Below are positions 44,779 to 54,593 of a stretch of 64,000 nucleotides of DNA, one piece after another; position 1 is the stretch's first letter, and every line of letters starts with the position of its first letter. The position numbers and the translations under genes are program-made. Location of the stretch: NCBI GenBank assembly GCA_963738135.1, contig CAVTVK010000001.1:314189-378188 (forward strand), written 5' to 3'. Under the pieces are notes generated by a model. It saw only the letters and a program-made list of their open reading frames with translations. It was not told the origin of the DNA and did no database searches. The DNA is from an uncultured Acidimicrobiaceae bacterium (GTDB taxonomy: Bacteria > Actinomycetota > Acidimicrobiia > Acidimicrobiales > RAAP-2).

Positions 44779-46002
44779 TCAGGACGGACCGGGGTCGCTC
44801 GCGGTGGGGTCGGCGTCAGAGCCGGATCGGCATCGGCATCGGCATCGGCATCGGACATCGGCATCGGGCGCCGGCTCGGGCCCATGCACCGCTCCCACAC
44901 GGTGCGCGAACCAGAGGAGCGCGCGCTCGCCCTCGTCGAGTACCTCGCACACCAAGTTCCCGGTCTCGCTCGCCCCGAGGTCCACGAAGCGGCACCAGTT
45001 GGTGAGGAGCCGGAAGCCTGGCCCCCGGTAATGGCGCCCGACCGTCTGCAATGGGGCCACCGGCATCCGCAGAGCCCAGGCGACGAGGCCGCCGGCGATC
45101 TCGGGGAACCCGGCCCGGTGCCGCACTATGTCGGAGTACTGCCCGGTGACGACATCTGCCATGTTCTCCAACGCGGCGGAGCCGGGCTCGAAGTAGCGCG
45201 AATGCGCTGTGACTGTCGGATGGTCCGGAGCGTTCGTGCTCATTCTGGTGCCGCCGAACCGCGGCGAGGCAGGTGACGCACCGAAGATGCCGAGCTCGGC
45301 GACGGCGTCCCCGGGCGCCTGCTCCGAGAAGAAGTGTGACTGCTGGAGGTGGAGGTCGCGCAGGCCGTCGACCGTCATGCCCGGGCTGCCCGCCACCACG
45401 ACGTCGGTGACCTCCAGTCCGGCGTCGGCCAAGGCCGCCCCGGTGACGATCGACCCGAAACTGTGGGCGATGATCGTCAACGATTGCTCGGGCTCCAAAT
45501 CCAGCGTGGCGATGAACTCGGTGAGGTCGTAGGCGGCCGTTGCCAGGTCATCGCCGCACTCGATCGAGCCTGCCGCGGCGGCCAGGATGTCGGATGGGTT
45601 GTCGTAGCCCTTCCACAAGATGACCGCCGTCGACGTACTGGCCTCGTAGAGATTGACCACGTCGGGGATCCAGTCCTGGCACAGATTCGTTCCGTCGCCG
45701 ACGCCGGGGACGACGACAGCGACGTGCTCGGCCGTCTGGAGGTCGCCGAAGAGGAGCGCGTAGTGCTGCAGCTGCGGCCGGTACACCAAGATGTCACCGC
45801 CGGAGTCCAGCATCGTCTCGAGCAGCGTGATCCGACTTTGGTCTCCGTCGACCGTTGCACCCGCCAGGTCCATCTTCACCGCGGCGAGGTTGCTGGTGGC
45901 CCGGCGGGACAACAACTCCTTTCCGCGCATGGAAGAGATTACGCCGCACCCTGCGTCAGCAGGTGTATCTCTCCGGCTTTGACCAGCATGGCGAGCCGGC
46001 AT
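44779..46002 (-). CDS. alpha/beta hydrolase (DUF1023-like)
   Basis: Nucleophile elbow IIAHSFGSIV and VVAGSPG. The start and the C-terminal tail are uncertain (tail RCRCRCRCR is encoded by a hexamer repeat). Confidence 0.6.
   Translation of the reverse strand: MPARHAGQSRRDTPADAGCGVISSMRGKELLSRRATSNLAAVKMDLAGATVDGDQSRITLLETMLDSGGDILVYRPQLQHYALLFGDLQTAEHVAVVVPGVGDGTNLCQDWIPDVVNLYEASTSTAVILWKGYDNPSDILAAAAGSIECGDDLATAAYDLTEFIATLDLEPEQSLTIIAHSFGSIVTGAALADAGLEVTDVVVAGSPGMTVDGLRDLHLQQSHFFSEQAPGDAVAELGIFGASPASPRFGGTRMSTNAPDHPTVTAHSRYFEPGSAALENMADVVTGQYSDIVRHRAGFPEIAGGLVAWALRMPVAPLQTVGRHYRGPGFRLLTNWCRFVDLGASETGNLVCEVLDEGERALLWFAHRVGAVHGPEPAPDADVRCRCRCRCRSGSDADPTASDPGPS
44825..44867. repeat. hexanucleotide repeat (catcgg) x4, then one extra a, then x2
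   Basis: gatcgg catcgg catcgg catcgg catcgg a catcgg catcgg, inside the 3' end of the hydrolase ORF. Confidence 0.9.
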
Positions 46003-46091
46003 CCCGTGCTTGACCGCCTCCTAGGAGCCAGAGGTGGCGGGGCGTCCGTCCGATCCGTCCCCCGCAAGCGGCTGACGCGGTCGTTGCTCCG

Positions 46092-47252
46092 CTAGCGCGG
46101 CAAACCCAAGATCCGCCCGGCGATGATGTCGCGCTGCACCTGTGACGTCCCGCCCGCGATGCCGGCCGCCTTGCTCCAGAGCCACTGCCGCGCCCACGGG
46201 CCGGCTTCGGCGGACGACGCGTCGCGCCCGGTCACCAGCAGTGCGGCGTCCGAAAGGCCCTGTGTCATGGTCGTCCACATGAGCTTCACCCAGCTCGACT
46301 CGGGGCCCGGTTCCTCGCCCCTACCGAGTCGGGTGAGGGTACGCAGATTGTGCAGTCGCAGCACGTGCAGATCGATAGAGGCCCGGGCCAGCGCGTCGGC
46401 GACGAGCGGGTCTTCCAGCGTCCCGTTGTCCCGCGCCTCTTCGTACAGCCGGGCCAGGTAGGCCTCGTGCACCACCTGCTCCTTGAACGGGAAGTTCGTG
46501 CCGCGCTCGTGCGCCAGCGTGGAGCCGGCCACGGTCCACCCCTGCCCCTCGATGCCCACCACGTGCTCGTCGGGCACGAAGACGTCGGTCAGGAAGACCT
46601 CGTTGAACTCGGCGTCACCCGTCATCTGTACGAGCGGGCGCACATCGACGCCGGGGTCCGACATGTCCACTATCAGCGCGGTGATCCCCTGCTGGCGCCG
46701 GGGTGCGTCGGCGTCGGTGCGGGCCAGGCACAGCCCCCACGAGGCGAACTGGGCGTAGGACGTCCACACCTTGCGGCCCGTGACCTCGAAACCCCCGTCG
46801 ACCGGAATGGCCCGCGTGGAGAGTGAGGCCAGGTCGCTCCCGGCGTCGGGCTCGCTGAAGAGCTGACACCAGATCTCCTCGGCCGAGAGGATGGCGGGCA
46901 GGTAGCGCAGGCGCTGGTCCTCGGTGCCGTGTGCCAACAGCGTCGGACCCACCAGGTTGATGCCCACCCGGTTCACCGGCTGGGGCGCCTGAGCCCGGGC
47001 GTACTCACTCTGGTACAGCGCCACCTGCACCGGTGTGGCGCTGCGTCCGCCATACGAGCTGGGCCAGTGGACACCAACCCAACGGTCGGCCGCCAGGGTG
47101 GCTTGCCACTGTCGCCCCCAGGCCACCTCGTCGGCCAAATCGACGAAGGCGGATGGGCGTCGGAGGTGGTCCCCCAGCCACGTCCGGAACGAGGCCGCGA
47201 ACTCCTCGTCTTCTTCCTTCAGCGCGAGATCCACGCCGGCTCCCTCCACCAC
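46092..47252 (-). CDS. acyl-CoA dehydrogenase
   Basis: WPSSYGGRSATP..., WCQLFSEPDAGSDLASLSTRA, TLAHERG, GGTSQVQRDII. Confidence 0.85.
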   Translation of the reverse strand: MVEGAGVDLALKEEDEEFAASFRTWLGDHLRRPSAFVDLADEVAWGRQWQATLAADRWVGVHWPSSYGGRSATPVQVALYQSEYARAQAPQPVNRVGINLVGPTLLAHGTEDQRLRYLPAILSAEEIWCQLFSEPDAGSDLASLSTRAIPVDGGFEVTGRKVWTSYAQFASWGLCLARTDADAPRRQQGITALIVDMSDPGVDVRPLVQMTGDAEFNEVFLTDVFVPDEHVVGIEGQGWTVAGSTLAHERGTNFPFKEQVVHEAYLARLYEEARDNGTLEDPLVADALARASIDLHVLRLHNLRTLTRLGRGEEPGPESSWVKLMWTTMTQGLSDAALLVTGRDASSAEAGPWARQWLWSKAAGIAGGTSQVQRDIIAGRILGLPR

Positions 47253-47299
47253 CCTGACATCGGCGTCACGATACCGGGGCCCGGGTATGGTGCCCTGCC

Positions 47300-48814
47300 G
47301 TGACGGCCCGCCTTCGACCGACCTGGGTGCCCGAGCAGGCGCGTCGCTACCGCCAGCCGGGCGGGCCCTGGGACGTGCCGTCCCTGGACGCCCTCCTCAC
47401 CGCCAACGGGGGCGAGGTCGTCGATGGTGCCAGCCGGCTCTCCGCCGCCGAGCTCGACACGCTGGTCGCCACCGTGGCCGGCGGGCTTCGCGCCCGGGGC
47501 GTCAGGCGAGGCGAAGCCGTGGCCTGGCAGGTCCCCAACAGCCTGGCGGCCGCCGTCCTGACCCGGGCCTGCTGGCGCATCGGCGCCGTGGCCGCGCCCG
47601 TCCTCCACTCGTTCGGTGCGGCGGACGTGGAGGCGGCCCTCGGGCAGATCGAGCCCGCTCTGGTCCTGGAGCTCCAGACCGAGGAGTTCTCCGACCCCGC
47701 CGCGCTGGTCGCCGCGGTCGGCGGTACCCCGGTGCCCGCAGGCGCGTTCCCCAGCCAGCCCTCCGACGTGGCCCTGGTCCTCTTCACCTCGGGCTCGACC
47801 GGCATCCCCAAAGCCGTGCTGCACACCCAGCGCGGGCTCAGCTGGAAGGCTTCGTTGATGGCCCGGGTGCACGGGCTCGGCCCGGCCGACGCCGTGCTGA
47901 TGCCAGCGCCGATGGCCCATATCTCCGGACTGCTCAACGGCGTCCTGGTGCCGGGCGCAGCCGGCCTGCGCTCGGTCCTGGTCCGCCGGTTCGACCCCGA
48001 GCAGGCCCTGGATCTCGTGGCGCGCGAGCACATCTCCTTCCTGGCCGGCCCGCCCACCTTCTTCATCGCCATGGCCCGCGCGCTGCAGGAGCGCCCGGAT
48101 ACGGACGTGTCCTCGGTACGACTGGTGTCGAGTGGTGGTGCGTCGGTGACGCCGGCATTCGTGGAAGACACGGCACGAACCTTCGACTGCCGCGTCAAAC
48201 GGACCTACGGATCCACCGAAGCGCCGACCGTGACCACCAGCACGGACGACGATCCCTTCGAGAAGGCCCGCGATACCGACGGGCGTGCCGTCGGCGCAGT
48301 CGAGCTCCGCGTCTCGGATCCCGAGACGGGAGCGCACTGTGGCATCGGGGCGCCGGGCGAGCTCTGGGTACGTGGGCCCGAGATGTTCGCCGGCTACGCC
48401 GATGCCGCACAGACCGCCACCGTCATTGCGCGGGGTGGATGGTTCCGCACAGGCGACCTGGCCACGGTCGACGACGACGGCTGGGTGCGCATTGTGGGCC
48501 GACTCAAGGACGTGATCATCCGCGGCGGCGAGAACATCTCGGCTTCCGAAGTCGAGGCCGCACTCGAGGCGCATCCCGCCATCCACCACGCGGTGGCCGT
48601 GGGCTATCCGGACCCGCTGATGGGCGAGCGGGTCGCGGCATTCGTCGAGTCGGCTCTGCCATTCGATCTCGAGGCGTGCCGACAGTGGTTCGCCGGGCGC
48701 GGCATGGCTGTGTTCAAGACGCCCGAAAAGGTCGAGCGACTCGATCAGCTGCCGTTGCTGGGCTCGGGCAAGCCCGACCGCGCCGCACTGCAGCGTCGCG
48801 CCGCCGCCGACTGA
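47300..48814 (+). CDS. AMP-dependent acyl-CoA synthetase/ligase
   Basis: GTG 47300. LVLFTSGSTGIPKAV, RTYGSTEAPT, GWFRTGDLA, GKPDR. Confidence 0.85.
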   Translation: MTARLRPTWVPEQARRYRQPGGPWDVPSLDALLTANGGEVVDGASRLSAAELDTLVATVAGGLRARGVRRGEAVAWQVPNSLAAAVLTRACWRIGAVAAPVLHSFGAADVEAALGQIEPALVLELQTEEFSDPAALVAAVGGTPVPAGAFPSQPSDVALVLFTSGSTGIPKAVLHTQRGLSWKASLMARVHGLGPADAVLMPAPMAHISGLLNGVLVPGAAGLRSVLVRRFDPEQALDLVAREHISFLAGPPTFFIAMARALQERPDTDVSSVRLVSSGGASVTPAFVEDTARTFDCRVKRTYGSTEAPTVTTSTDDDPFEKARDTDGRAVGAVELRVSDPETGAHCGIGAPGELWVRGPEMFAGYADAAQTATVIARGGWFRTGDLATVDDDGWVRIVGRLKDVIIRGGENISASEVEAALEAHPAIHHAVAVGYPDPLMGERVAAFVESALPFDLEACRQWFAGRGMAVFKTPEKVERLDQLPLLGSGKPDRAALQRRAAAD

Positions 48815-48853
48815 AGCCGACTGAAGCCGACCGACGCCGACGCCGACGCCGAC
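48806..48853. repeat. short tandem repeats (gccgactgaa x2, then gccgac x3-4)
   Basis: Spans the synthetase stop codon (TGA 48812-48814) and the downstream intergenic region. Confidence 0.9.
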
Positions 48854-48884
48854 CGCGCGGACGCCCCGCACTAGCTTTGAGCCC

Positions 48885-49547
48885 ATGCCTCGCCGCAACC
48901 TTATTCCGTTGGTGCTGCTTGCCGTCCTCGCTGTCGGCACCCTGGCCTTCGCCGTGCTGGGCGCGTCGTCGGCGCCGAGCGGGGCGACGCTCACCGTTCA
49001 GAACGGGTCGGCTCGTACATTCGGCACGCCCACCGGGTCGACGTCCTTCGCCATGAATCTCGTCAACACCATTTCCGCCGGCGGATCGCAAGGGACAGTC
49101 AGCCAGGTACGCCAGGTGGATTACAAGCCTCCAGCGCGGATGTCCGTGTACCAGCAGGTCGGTTCGAGCTTCAAGCTCATCGGGGTCCTCCGTCCGTCCG
49201 CCGTGGCGTGCAGCCTCAGCACGTACACCGCCATCGTCGGCGGTTCGACGCCCTGGACGGAAAGCGGGACGGCGTTCGTCCGGACCGAGACCCTGGCGGC
49301 CTACGACGCCCGGGTACCCTCTGCGACGGCCACCACGTGCGAGCCGCGCACAAGCACGGTGGACGGCACGGTCAGGGAGCGGGCCGCCGTCCGGGCGGGC
49401 TACCTCGTCGGGGTCCGACTGACCGTTGTCGTGCCGCCCCAGACACTGGCGAACGGTCAGCCGGCGGCCCACGGCATGGAGGAGCAGGCGTTGGCCATGC
49501 TCCAAATCAACGGCACCCGGACGGCGTCGTTGGGTTCCTCGCGCTAG
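48885..49547 (+). CDS. hypothetical secreted or membrane-anchored protein
   Basis: MPRRNLIPLVLLAVLAVGTLAFAVLGASSAPSG, then 190 aa with no family I recognise. Confidence 0.55.
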   Translation: MPRRNLIPLVLLAVLAVGTLAFAVLGASSAPSGATLTVQNGSARTFGTPTGSTSFAMNLVNTISAGGSQGTVSQVRQVDYKPPARMSVYQQVGSSFKLIGVLRPSAVACSLSTYTAIVGGSTPWTESGTAFVRTETLAAYDARVPSATATTCEPRTSTVDGTVRERAAVRAGYLVGVRLTVVVPPQTLANGQPAAHGMEEQALAMLQINGTRTASLGSSR

Positions 49548-49553
49548 TCCGGT

Positions 49554-50708
49554 TCAGGAAAGCGCCTGGCCGGCCTCGAGCCTGGCCCGCAGCAGCGTGG
49601 CGATGCGGTCACGGTGTGCCGCGGCGTCTCCGTAGCTCACCTGGTCGAGCTGCGCCCGCTTCAGGTAGAGGTGCATCTCGTGCTCCCACGTGAAGCCGAT
49701 GCCGCCGTGCACCTGCAGACCCGTCGACATCACACGGCGCGACGCGTCGGAGCACCACGCCTTGGCCATACTCGCGGACAGCGCGCGCTCGGGGTCACCC
49801 GCCGCGGCGCACCACGCCGCGTAGTACACCGTCGAGCGCATGCCCTCGACGTCGACCAGGGAGTCGGCCAGCATGTGCTTGACGGCCTGGAACGAACCGA
49901 TCGGCTTGCCGAACTGCACGCGGTCCTTGGCGTACTGCACGGTCAGGGCGAGCACGTGGTCGGCCGCACCGAGCATCTCGGCGCTGGCCAGGGTGGCGGC
50001 CCGGTCGATCAGCTGCTCTGCGGCCTCCTCACCGCCCAGCAGCCGGGCCGGCGTGCCGTCAAAGGCGAGTACCCCGAGCTCACGGGTGCGGTCCATGGCC
50101 GACAGTGGCGCCGGGCGTCCCTCCGTGCGCAGGTCGACCCCGTACACCCGGCCCTCGGCCAGCACCACGGCGAGATCGGCCGAAGGCGCGTAGGCGACAG
50201 GAGCCGTCGCTCCGCTGAGACGCACTTCGCCGGCGGACCCCGAGACGGCCAAGCCATCCGGTCCGGGGGCGGCGGCGACGCAGCCCACTGCATCGCCCAG
50301 GCCAAGCGCCTCACGCCATTCCTTCGTCCCGGCATCGGCTCGCGCCTCGTCCCCGCACAGCGCGCCGAGCGCCACGATGGTGGGAAGGAACGGCGCCGCG
50401 ACCAGGCGGCGACCGATCTCTTCGCAGAGCACGGCCAGCTCGACCATGCCCAGCCCGAGGCCGCTCTCCTCCTCGGGCAGCTCGATCGCCAACCAGCCCT
50501 GCTCCGCCATGGCCGACCACACGGCCTCGTCGTAGCCCGTGGGAGCGTCCGTGCCAGCACTGGTGACTGCACCCGCTCCCGGGAGCGTCCCGACGACAAC
50601 GCCCGTCCCGACCCGTGCCCGGAGCGCGTCGGTCCCGGCCATCTTGTCGAGGAGCGATGCTGCGGCGTCGCGCAGCGCCTGCTGGTCGGTCGAGAGGTCG
50701 AAGTCCAC
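49554..50708 (-). CDS. acyl-CoA dehydrogenase-fold protein (candidate partner subunit)
   Basis: GTG 50708 gives VDFDLSTDQQALRDAAASLL. FGKPIGSFQAVKHMLAD, GGIGFTWEHEMHLYLKRA. The longer start at 50795 would overlap the divergent gene. Confidence 0.8.
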   Translation of the reverse strand: MDFDLSTDQQALRDAAASLLDKMAGTDALRARVGTGVVVGTLPGAGAVTSAGTDAPTGYDEAVWSAMAEQGWLAIELPEEESGLGLGMVELAVLCEEIGRRLVAAPFLPTIVALGALCGDEARADAGTKEWREALGLGDAVGCVAAAPGPDGLAVSGSAGEVRLSGATAPVAYAPSADLAVVLAEGRVYGVDLRTEGRPAPLSAMDRTRELGVLAFDGTPARLLGGEEAAEQLIDRAATLASAEMLGAADHVLALTVQYAKDRVQFGKPIGSFQAVKHMLADSLVDVEGMRSTVYYAAWCAAAGDPERALSASMAKAWCSDASRRVMSTGLQVHGGIGFTWEHEMHLYLKRAQLDQVSYGDAAAHRDRIATLLRARLEAGQALS

Positions 50709-50778
50709 GGCGGCGCAGTCTACGGTGAGCGCTGACACGGGTGTCACCTGCGGGGGTGGCTGTGCCATGCTGCGGCGG

Positions 50779-51957
50779 ATGGATCTGCACGCCACGGCCG
50801 AGCAGGAGTCACTGCGGGCGTCGTTCCGGAGCTGGTTGATGGAACACTTGCCCTGGCCCTACGGCATCGGACTGCCTCCCCGCTTCGACGACCTGGCCGA
50901 GACGGTGGCCTTCGGACGCCGCTGGCAGGGCGAGCTGGCCGCCGACGACTGGGTCGGCCTCACCTGGCCCCAGGAGTACGGCGGCCGGGGCCTGGGGGCG
51001 CTCGAGAACTACGTGGTCATCGAGGAGCTGGCCCGGGCGCGGGCACCCGAGCTGGTCGGCCGCATCGGCATCAATCTGGTGGGCCCGACCCTGCTGGCGC
51101 ACGGGACGCCCGAGCAGAAGGAGCGCTTCCTCCCCCGGATACTCTCGGCGGCCGAGCTGTGGTGTCAGCTCTTCAGCGAGCCGGACGCCGGGAGCGACCT
51201 GGCCTCGCTGACCACGCGCGCCGTGCCCGTCGCTGACGGCTACCGGGTCAGTGGGCGCAAGGTCTGGACTTCCTACGCCCAGTTCGCCGACTGGGGCCTC
51301 TGTCTCACCAGGAGCGACCCGACCGCCCCGAAGCGCCAGCAGGGCATCACGGCGCTCATCATCGACATGCACGCGCCGGGCGTCGTGGTCCACCCGCTGG
51401 TGCAGTCCACCGGCGAAGCCGAGTTCAACGAGGTCGAGCTGGACGATGTCTTCGTCCCGGTTGATCGCCGCGTCGGCACCGAAGGCGAGGGTTGGGGCGT
51501 CGCCGGCTCCACGCTCGCCCATGAGCGCGGCATCAATCCGCGCCAGCTTGTGATCCACACGCAGCTCATTGAAGAGTTGCTTCGGCTGGCCGAGTCCAAC
51601 GGAAGTTTCGAGGACTGGCGCCTGCGCCAGTCGCTGGCCCAAGCCGCGACCGAGGTGCGACTCTTCCAGCTGCACAACTGGCGCTCCCTGACCCGGCTCT
51701 CCAAGGGCGAGGCGCCCGGACCAGAGGGCAGTGCGCTCAAGCTGTATTGGAGCGAGATGTCCAAGCGGCTCCACCAGACCGCGCTCGACGTGCTGGGCTC
51801 GGCCTCCCCGCTGTGGGAAGGGGCGGAGGGGAACCCCGCCGACGGCGCCTGGCAGCGTTCGTGGCTCTACTACCAAGCGTCGTCCATCTTCGCCGGGACG
51901 AACGAAATCCAGCGCACCCTGGTGGGCGAACGCGTCCTGGGACTCCCCCGGGGTTGA
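50779..51957 (+). CDS. acyl-CoA dehydrogenase
   Basis: MDLHATAEQESLRASFRSWL, WPQEYGGRG, WCQLFSEPDAGSDLASLTTRA, AGTNEIQRTLV. Confidence 0.85.
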   Translation: MDLHATAEQESLRASFRSWLMEHLPWPYGIGLPPRFDDLAETVAFGRRWQGELAADDWVGLTWPQEYGGRGLGALENYVVIEELARARAPELVGRIGINLVGPTLLAHGTPEQKERFLPRILSAAELWCQLFSEPDAGSDLASLTTRAVPVADGYRVSGRKVWTSYAQFADWGLCLTRSDPTAPKRQQGITALIIDMHAPGVVVHPLVQSTGEAEFNEVELDDVFVPVDRRVGTEGEGWGVAGSTLAHERGINPRQLVIHTQLIEELLRLAESNGSFEDWRLRQSLAQAATEVRLFQLHNWRSLTRLSKGEAPGPEGSALKLYWSEMSKRLHQTALDVLGSASPLWEGAEGNPADGAWQRSWLYYQASSIFAGTNEIQRTLVGERVLGLPRG

Positions 51958-52017
51958 GCGTTCGCCGCGACAGGACGGCACCGCGACAGGATGGGCGACT
52001 CAGGGAGGATGGGTGAG

Positions 52018-52869
52018 ATGGCAGACAACTTCGAGACGATCCGCTACGAGGTCGATGGTGCCGTGGCCACCATCACCATGAACAGGCCGGACATGGCCAA
52101 CGCACAGAACTCGGCCCTGATCGACGAGCTCGACGAGGCCTTCGACCGCGCCGACGCCGACGACGCGGTGCGCGTCGTGATCCTGGCCGGTGCCGGCAAG
52201 CACTTCTCCTCTGGTCACGACCTCAAGGCGCTGGTCGCCGGCGACAGCGACGACCCCTGGGTCGCGCTACGGGAGACGCCCGAGGGCAAGTTCCACCACG
52301 AGAAGGTCATGTACTACGACCGCTGCCTGCGCATCCACGACTTCCGCAAGCCCACCATCGCCGCGGTCCAGGGCAGCTGCATTGCGGCCGGCCTGATGCT
52401 CGCCGCCATGTGCGACCTCATCGTGGCCGCCGACGACGCCGTCTTCTCCAATCCCGTCCTGCGCCTCACGGGTGCCGGCGTCGAGCTGCTCGTCGAACCG
52501 TGGGAGCTGGGTATCCGCAAGGCGAAGGAGTTCCTGCTCACAGGCGACACCATCGACGCCCAGGAGGCATGGCGCCTGGGCCTGGTCAACCGGGTCGTCC
52601 CCCGGTCCGAGCTGGAGACCCGGACCCGAGAGCTGGCCGACCGAATCGCCCTCGTCCCGCCGGTCACCGCCCAGACGGTCAAGGACAGCCTGAACCAGAC
52701 CGGCACCCTGATGGGCAAGCGCGACGCCCTCAAGTACCACTTCATGGCGCACCACTGGGTGCACAACTCGGCCACGGCGCTGAACGCGCTCGCCGCCCGG
52801 AAGACGAAGGGCTCCATGCGCGACGTCATGGCCGAACGCGACCAGGGCCACCCGGAACCAAAGGCATGA
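52018..52869 (+). CDS. enoyl-CoA hydratase/isomerase (crotonase) family protein
   Basis: MADNFETIRYEVDGAVATITMNRPDMANAQN, AAVQGSCIAAGLMLAAMCD. Confidence 0.85.
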   Translation: MADNFETIRYEVDGAVATITMNRPDMANAQNSALIDELDEAFDRADADDAVRVVILAGAGKHFSSGHDLKALVAGDSDDPWVALRETPEGKFHHEKVMYYDRCLRIHDFRKPTIAAVQGSCIAAGLMLAAMCDLIVAADDAVFSNPVLRLTGAGVELLVEPWELGIRKAKEFLLTGDTIDAQEAWRLGLVNRVVPRSELETRTRELADRIALVPPVTAQTVKDSLNQTGTLMGKRDALKYHFMAHHWVHNSATALNALAARKTKGSMRDVMAERDQGHPEPKA

Positions 52870-54077
52870 GCGACTCGGTCCCGGGACCGCTGGCCGGCAT
52901 CCGTGTGATCGACGTCGGGACCCGGATTTCCGCGCCGTTCTGCGCTGGCTTGTTGGGCGAGCTCGGTGCCGACGTGATCAAGGTGGAGCTGCCGGGCGAC
53001 GGCGACTTCATGCGCACCATCGGCCCGTTCATGCCGGTGGAGGATGGTCCGGACTATTCGCTGTTCTGGTCGGTCGAGGGGCGGGGCCGGCGCGGCGTGA
53101 CCTGCGACTTGCGCAAGCCCGAGGGCAAGGACCTCTTCGAGCGGCTGGTGGCGACGGCCGACGTGCTGTGCGAGAACTTCCGCCCCGGCACCATGGAGCG
53201 TTGGGGTCTCGGCCCGGACGACCTGCCGGACGATCTCGTCTATGTCCGCATCAGCGTCTTCGGGCAATCCGGCCCCTACTCCCCCCGTCCCGGGCTCGAC
53301 CGGCTCGGCATCGCCTTTGGCGGGCTCCTGAACCTCACGGGCGAACCCGATCGTCCGCCCGTGCGGCCGGGTGTCACCATTTCGGACTACCTGACCGGCA
53401 CCTTCGCAGCCTTCGCAGCGGTGTCCGCCCTGTACGGGCGCGACCAGGCGGGTCGGGGCGGCGACGTCGTCGATGCGCCCTTGTACGGGTCCATCCTGCG
53501 CGTTCTGGAGTGGACGCTGGCCGGGTACGACAAGTTGGGCCTCGTTCGCCAGCGCGAGGGCAACCGGCTTTCGACGTCGGCTCCCCTCGACAACTACCCG
53601 ACTGCCGACGGCTTCTACGTGTGCATCGTGGCCGGGTCGGACGCCAACTTCCATCGCCTCTGCAAGGCGATGGAGCGGCCCGACCTGGCTGAGGACCCCC
53701 GCTTCACCACCCTGGCCGAGCGTGCGGCGAGAAGCGGCGAGATCAACGGCATCGTGGCCGACTGGACCTCGAGCCTGCCCGCCGAGACGATCACGGCGCG
53801 CTGCGTCGAGTACGACGTGCCCGTCGGCACCGCCTACAGCGCGGCCGACATCTTCGCCGATCCGCACATGGCAGCTCGCGGTGACCTCGTGCAGATCGAT
53901 GATCCGGTCATCGGGCCAGTGCGCCAGCAGGCGCCGTTCCCCCGGCTGGCCAAGCACCCCACGGCCTCACCCCGAGGGGCGCCGCGCTTGGGCGAACACA
54001 ATCGCGAGGTGTGGTGCGGCCTGGTCGGCCTGAGCGACGACGAGTTGTCGGACCTGGGCGCCCGCGGCGTGATCTGA
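52866..54077 (+). CDS. family III CoA-transferase (CaiB/BaiF; the family also contains alpha-methylacyl-CoA racemases)
   Basis: ATGA overlap with the crotonase stop. GIRVIDVGTRISAPFCAGLLGELGADVIKVE. Confidence 0.85.
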   Translation: MSDSVPGPLAGIRVIDVGTRISAPFCAGLLGELGADVIKVELPGDGDFMRTIGPFMPVEDGPDYSLFWSVEGRGRRGVTCDLRKPEGKDLFERLVATADVLCENFRPGTMERWGLGPDDLPDDLVYVRISVFGQSGPYSPRPGLDRLGIAFGGLLNLTGEPDRPPVRPGVTISDYLTGTFAAFAAVSALYGRDQAGRGGDVVDAPLYGSILRVLEWTLAGYDKLGLVRQREGNRLSTSAPLDNYPTADGFYVCIVAGSDANFHRLCKAMERPDLAEDPRFTTLAERAARSGEINGIVADWTSSLPAETITARCVEYDVPVGTAYSAADIFADPHMAARGDLVQIDDPVIGPVRQQAPFPRLAKHPTASPRGAPRLGEHNREVWCGLVGLSDDELSDLGARGVI

Positions 54078-54116
54078 CGGTCTCCACCGCATTCGGTCGT
54101 TGGGGGCGATCCGGAG

Positions 54117-54593
54117 TCAGAGACCGTTTCGGACGGTTCGCTCCAAAATGCCCAGCGTGGCGCGGAGGGCCGAATCCGGCACGATCGGGAATCGGTCCTT
54201 GAAGTCGCCCTCCACCTTGGACCAGTCGTAGTACGACGTCACCTCCGTGATCCCGTCTTCACCGGCCTGCAGACGGTAGCCATAGAAATGGGGGATCGGG
54301 ATGTCGGGCCCGAGATCCCACGCAATCTCCCGGTCGGGCTCGAAGACGATGATGTTGACGGTCACGTCGTACTTGCCGAGAGGGAAGTCGTTGAGCGACT
54401 CGCGGTCCATGTGGATGACGAATCTGTCGCCGACCTTCTCCGCCGGGTCGCCGGTGAAATCCTGCAGCATGCCCGAGGCGTCGATGGCGACGTGGCCCGC
54501 CGGGCTGCGCACGATGTCGAAGATGGCTGAAGGCGGCGCCGGAATCGAACGGGTCACTTCGATGCGGTCGGGCAGGAAGACGGTATCGGGCAT
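54117..54593 (-). CDS. SRPBCC-superfamily protein
   Basis: PPSAIFDIVRSPAGHVAIDASGML...GDRFVIHM...FEPDREIAWD. Third member of the paralogue set. Confidence 0.75.
   Translation of the reverse strand: MPDTVFLPDRIEVTRSIPAPPSAIFDIVRSPAGHVAIDASGMLQDFTGDPAEKVGDRFVIHMDRESLNDFPLGKYDVTVNIIVFEPDREIAWDLGPDIPIPHFYGYRLQAGEDGITEVTSYYDWSKVEGDFKDRFPIVPDSALRATLGILERTVRNGL

Noticed and set aside
50766-50769. Overlapping divergent start codons (minus ATG at 50768, plus ATG at 50767) for the two ACAD genes
   Set aside because: Both proteins have better ACAD-like N-termini at internal starts: VDFDLSTDQQ at 50708 and MDLHATAEQ at 50779. Those starts leave a normal 70-bp divergent promoter region.
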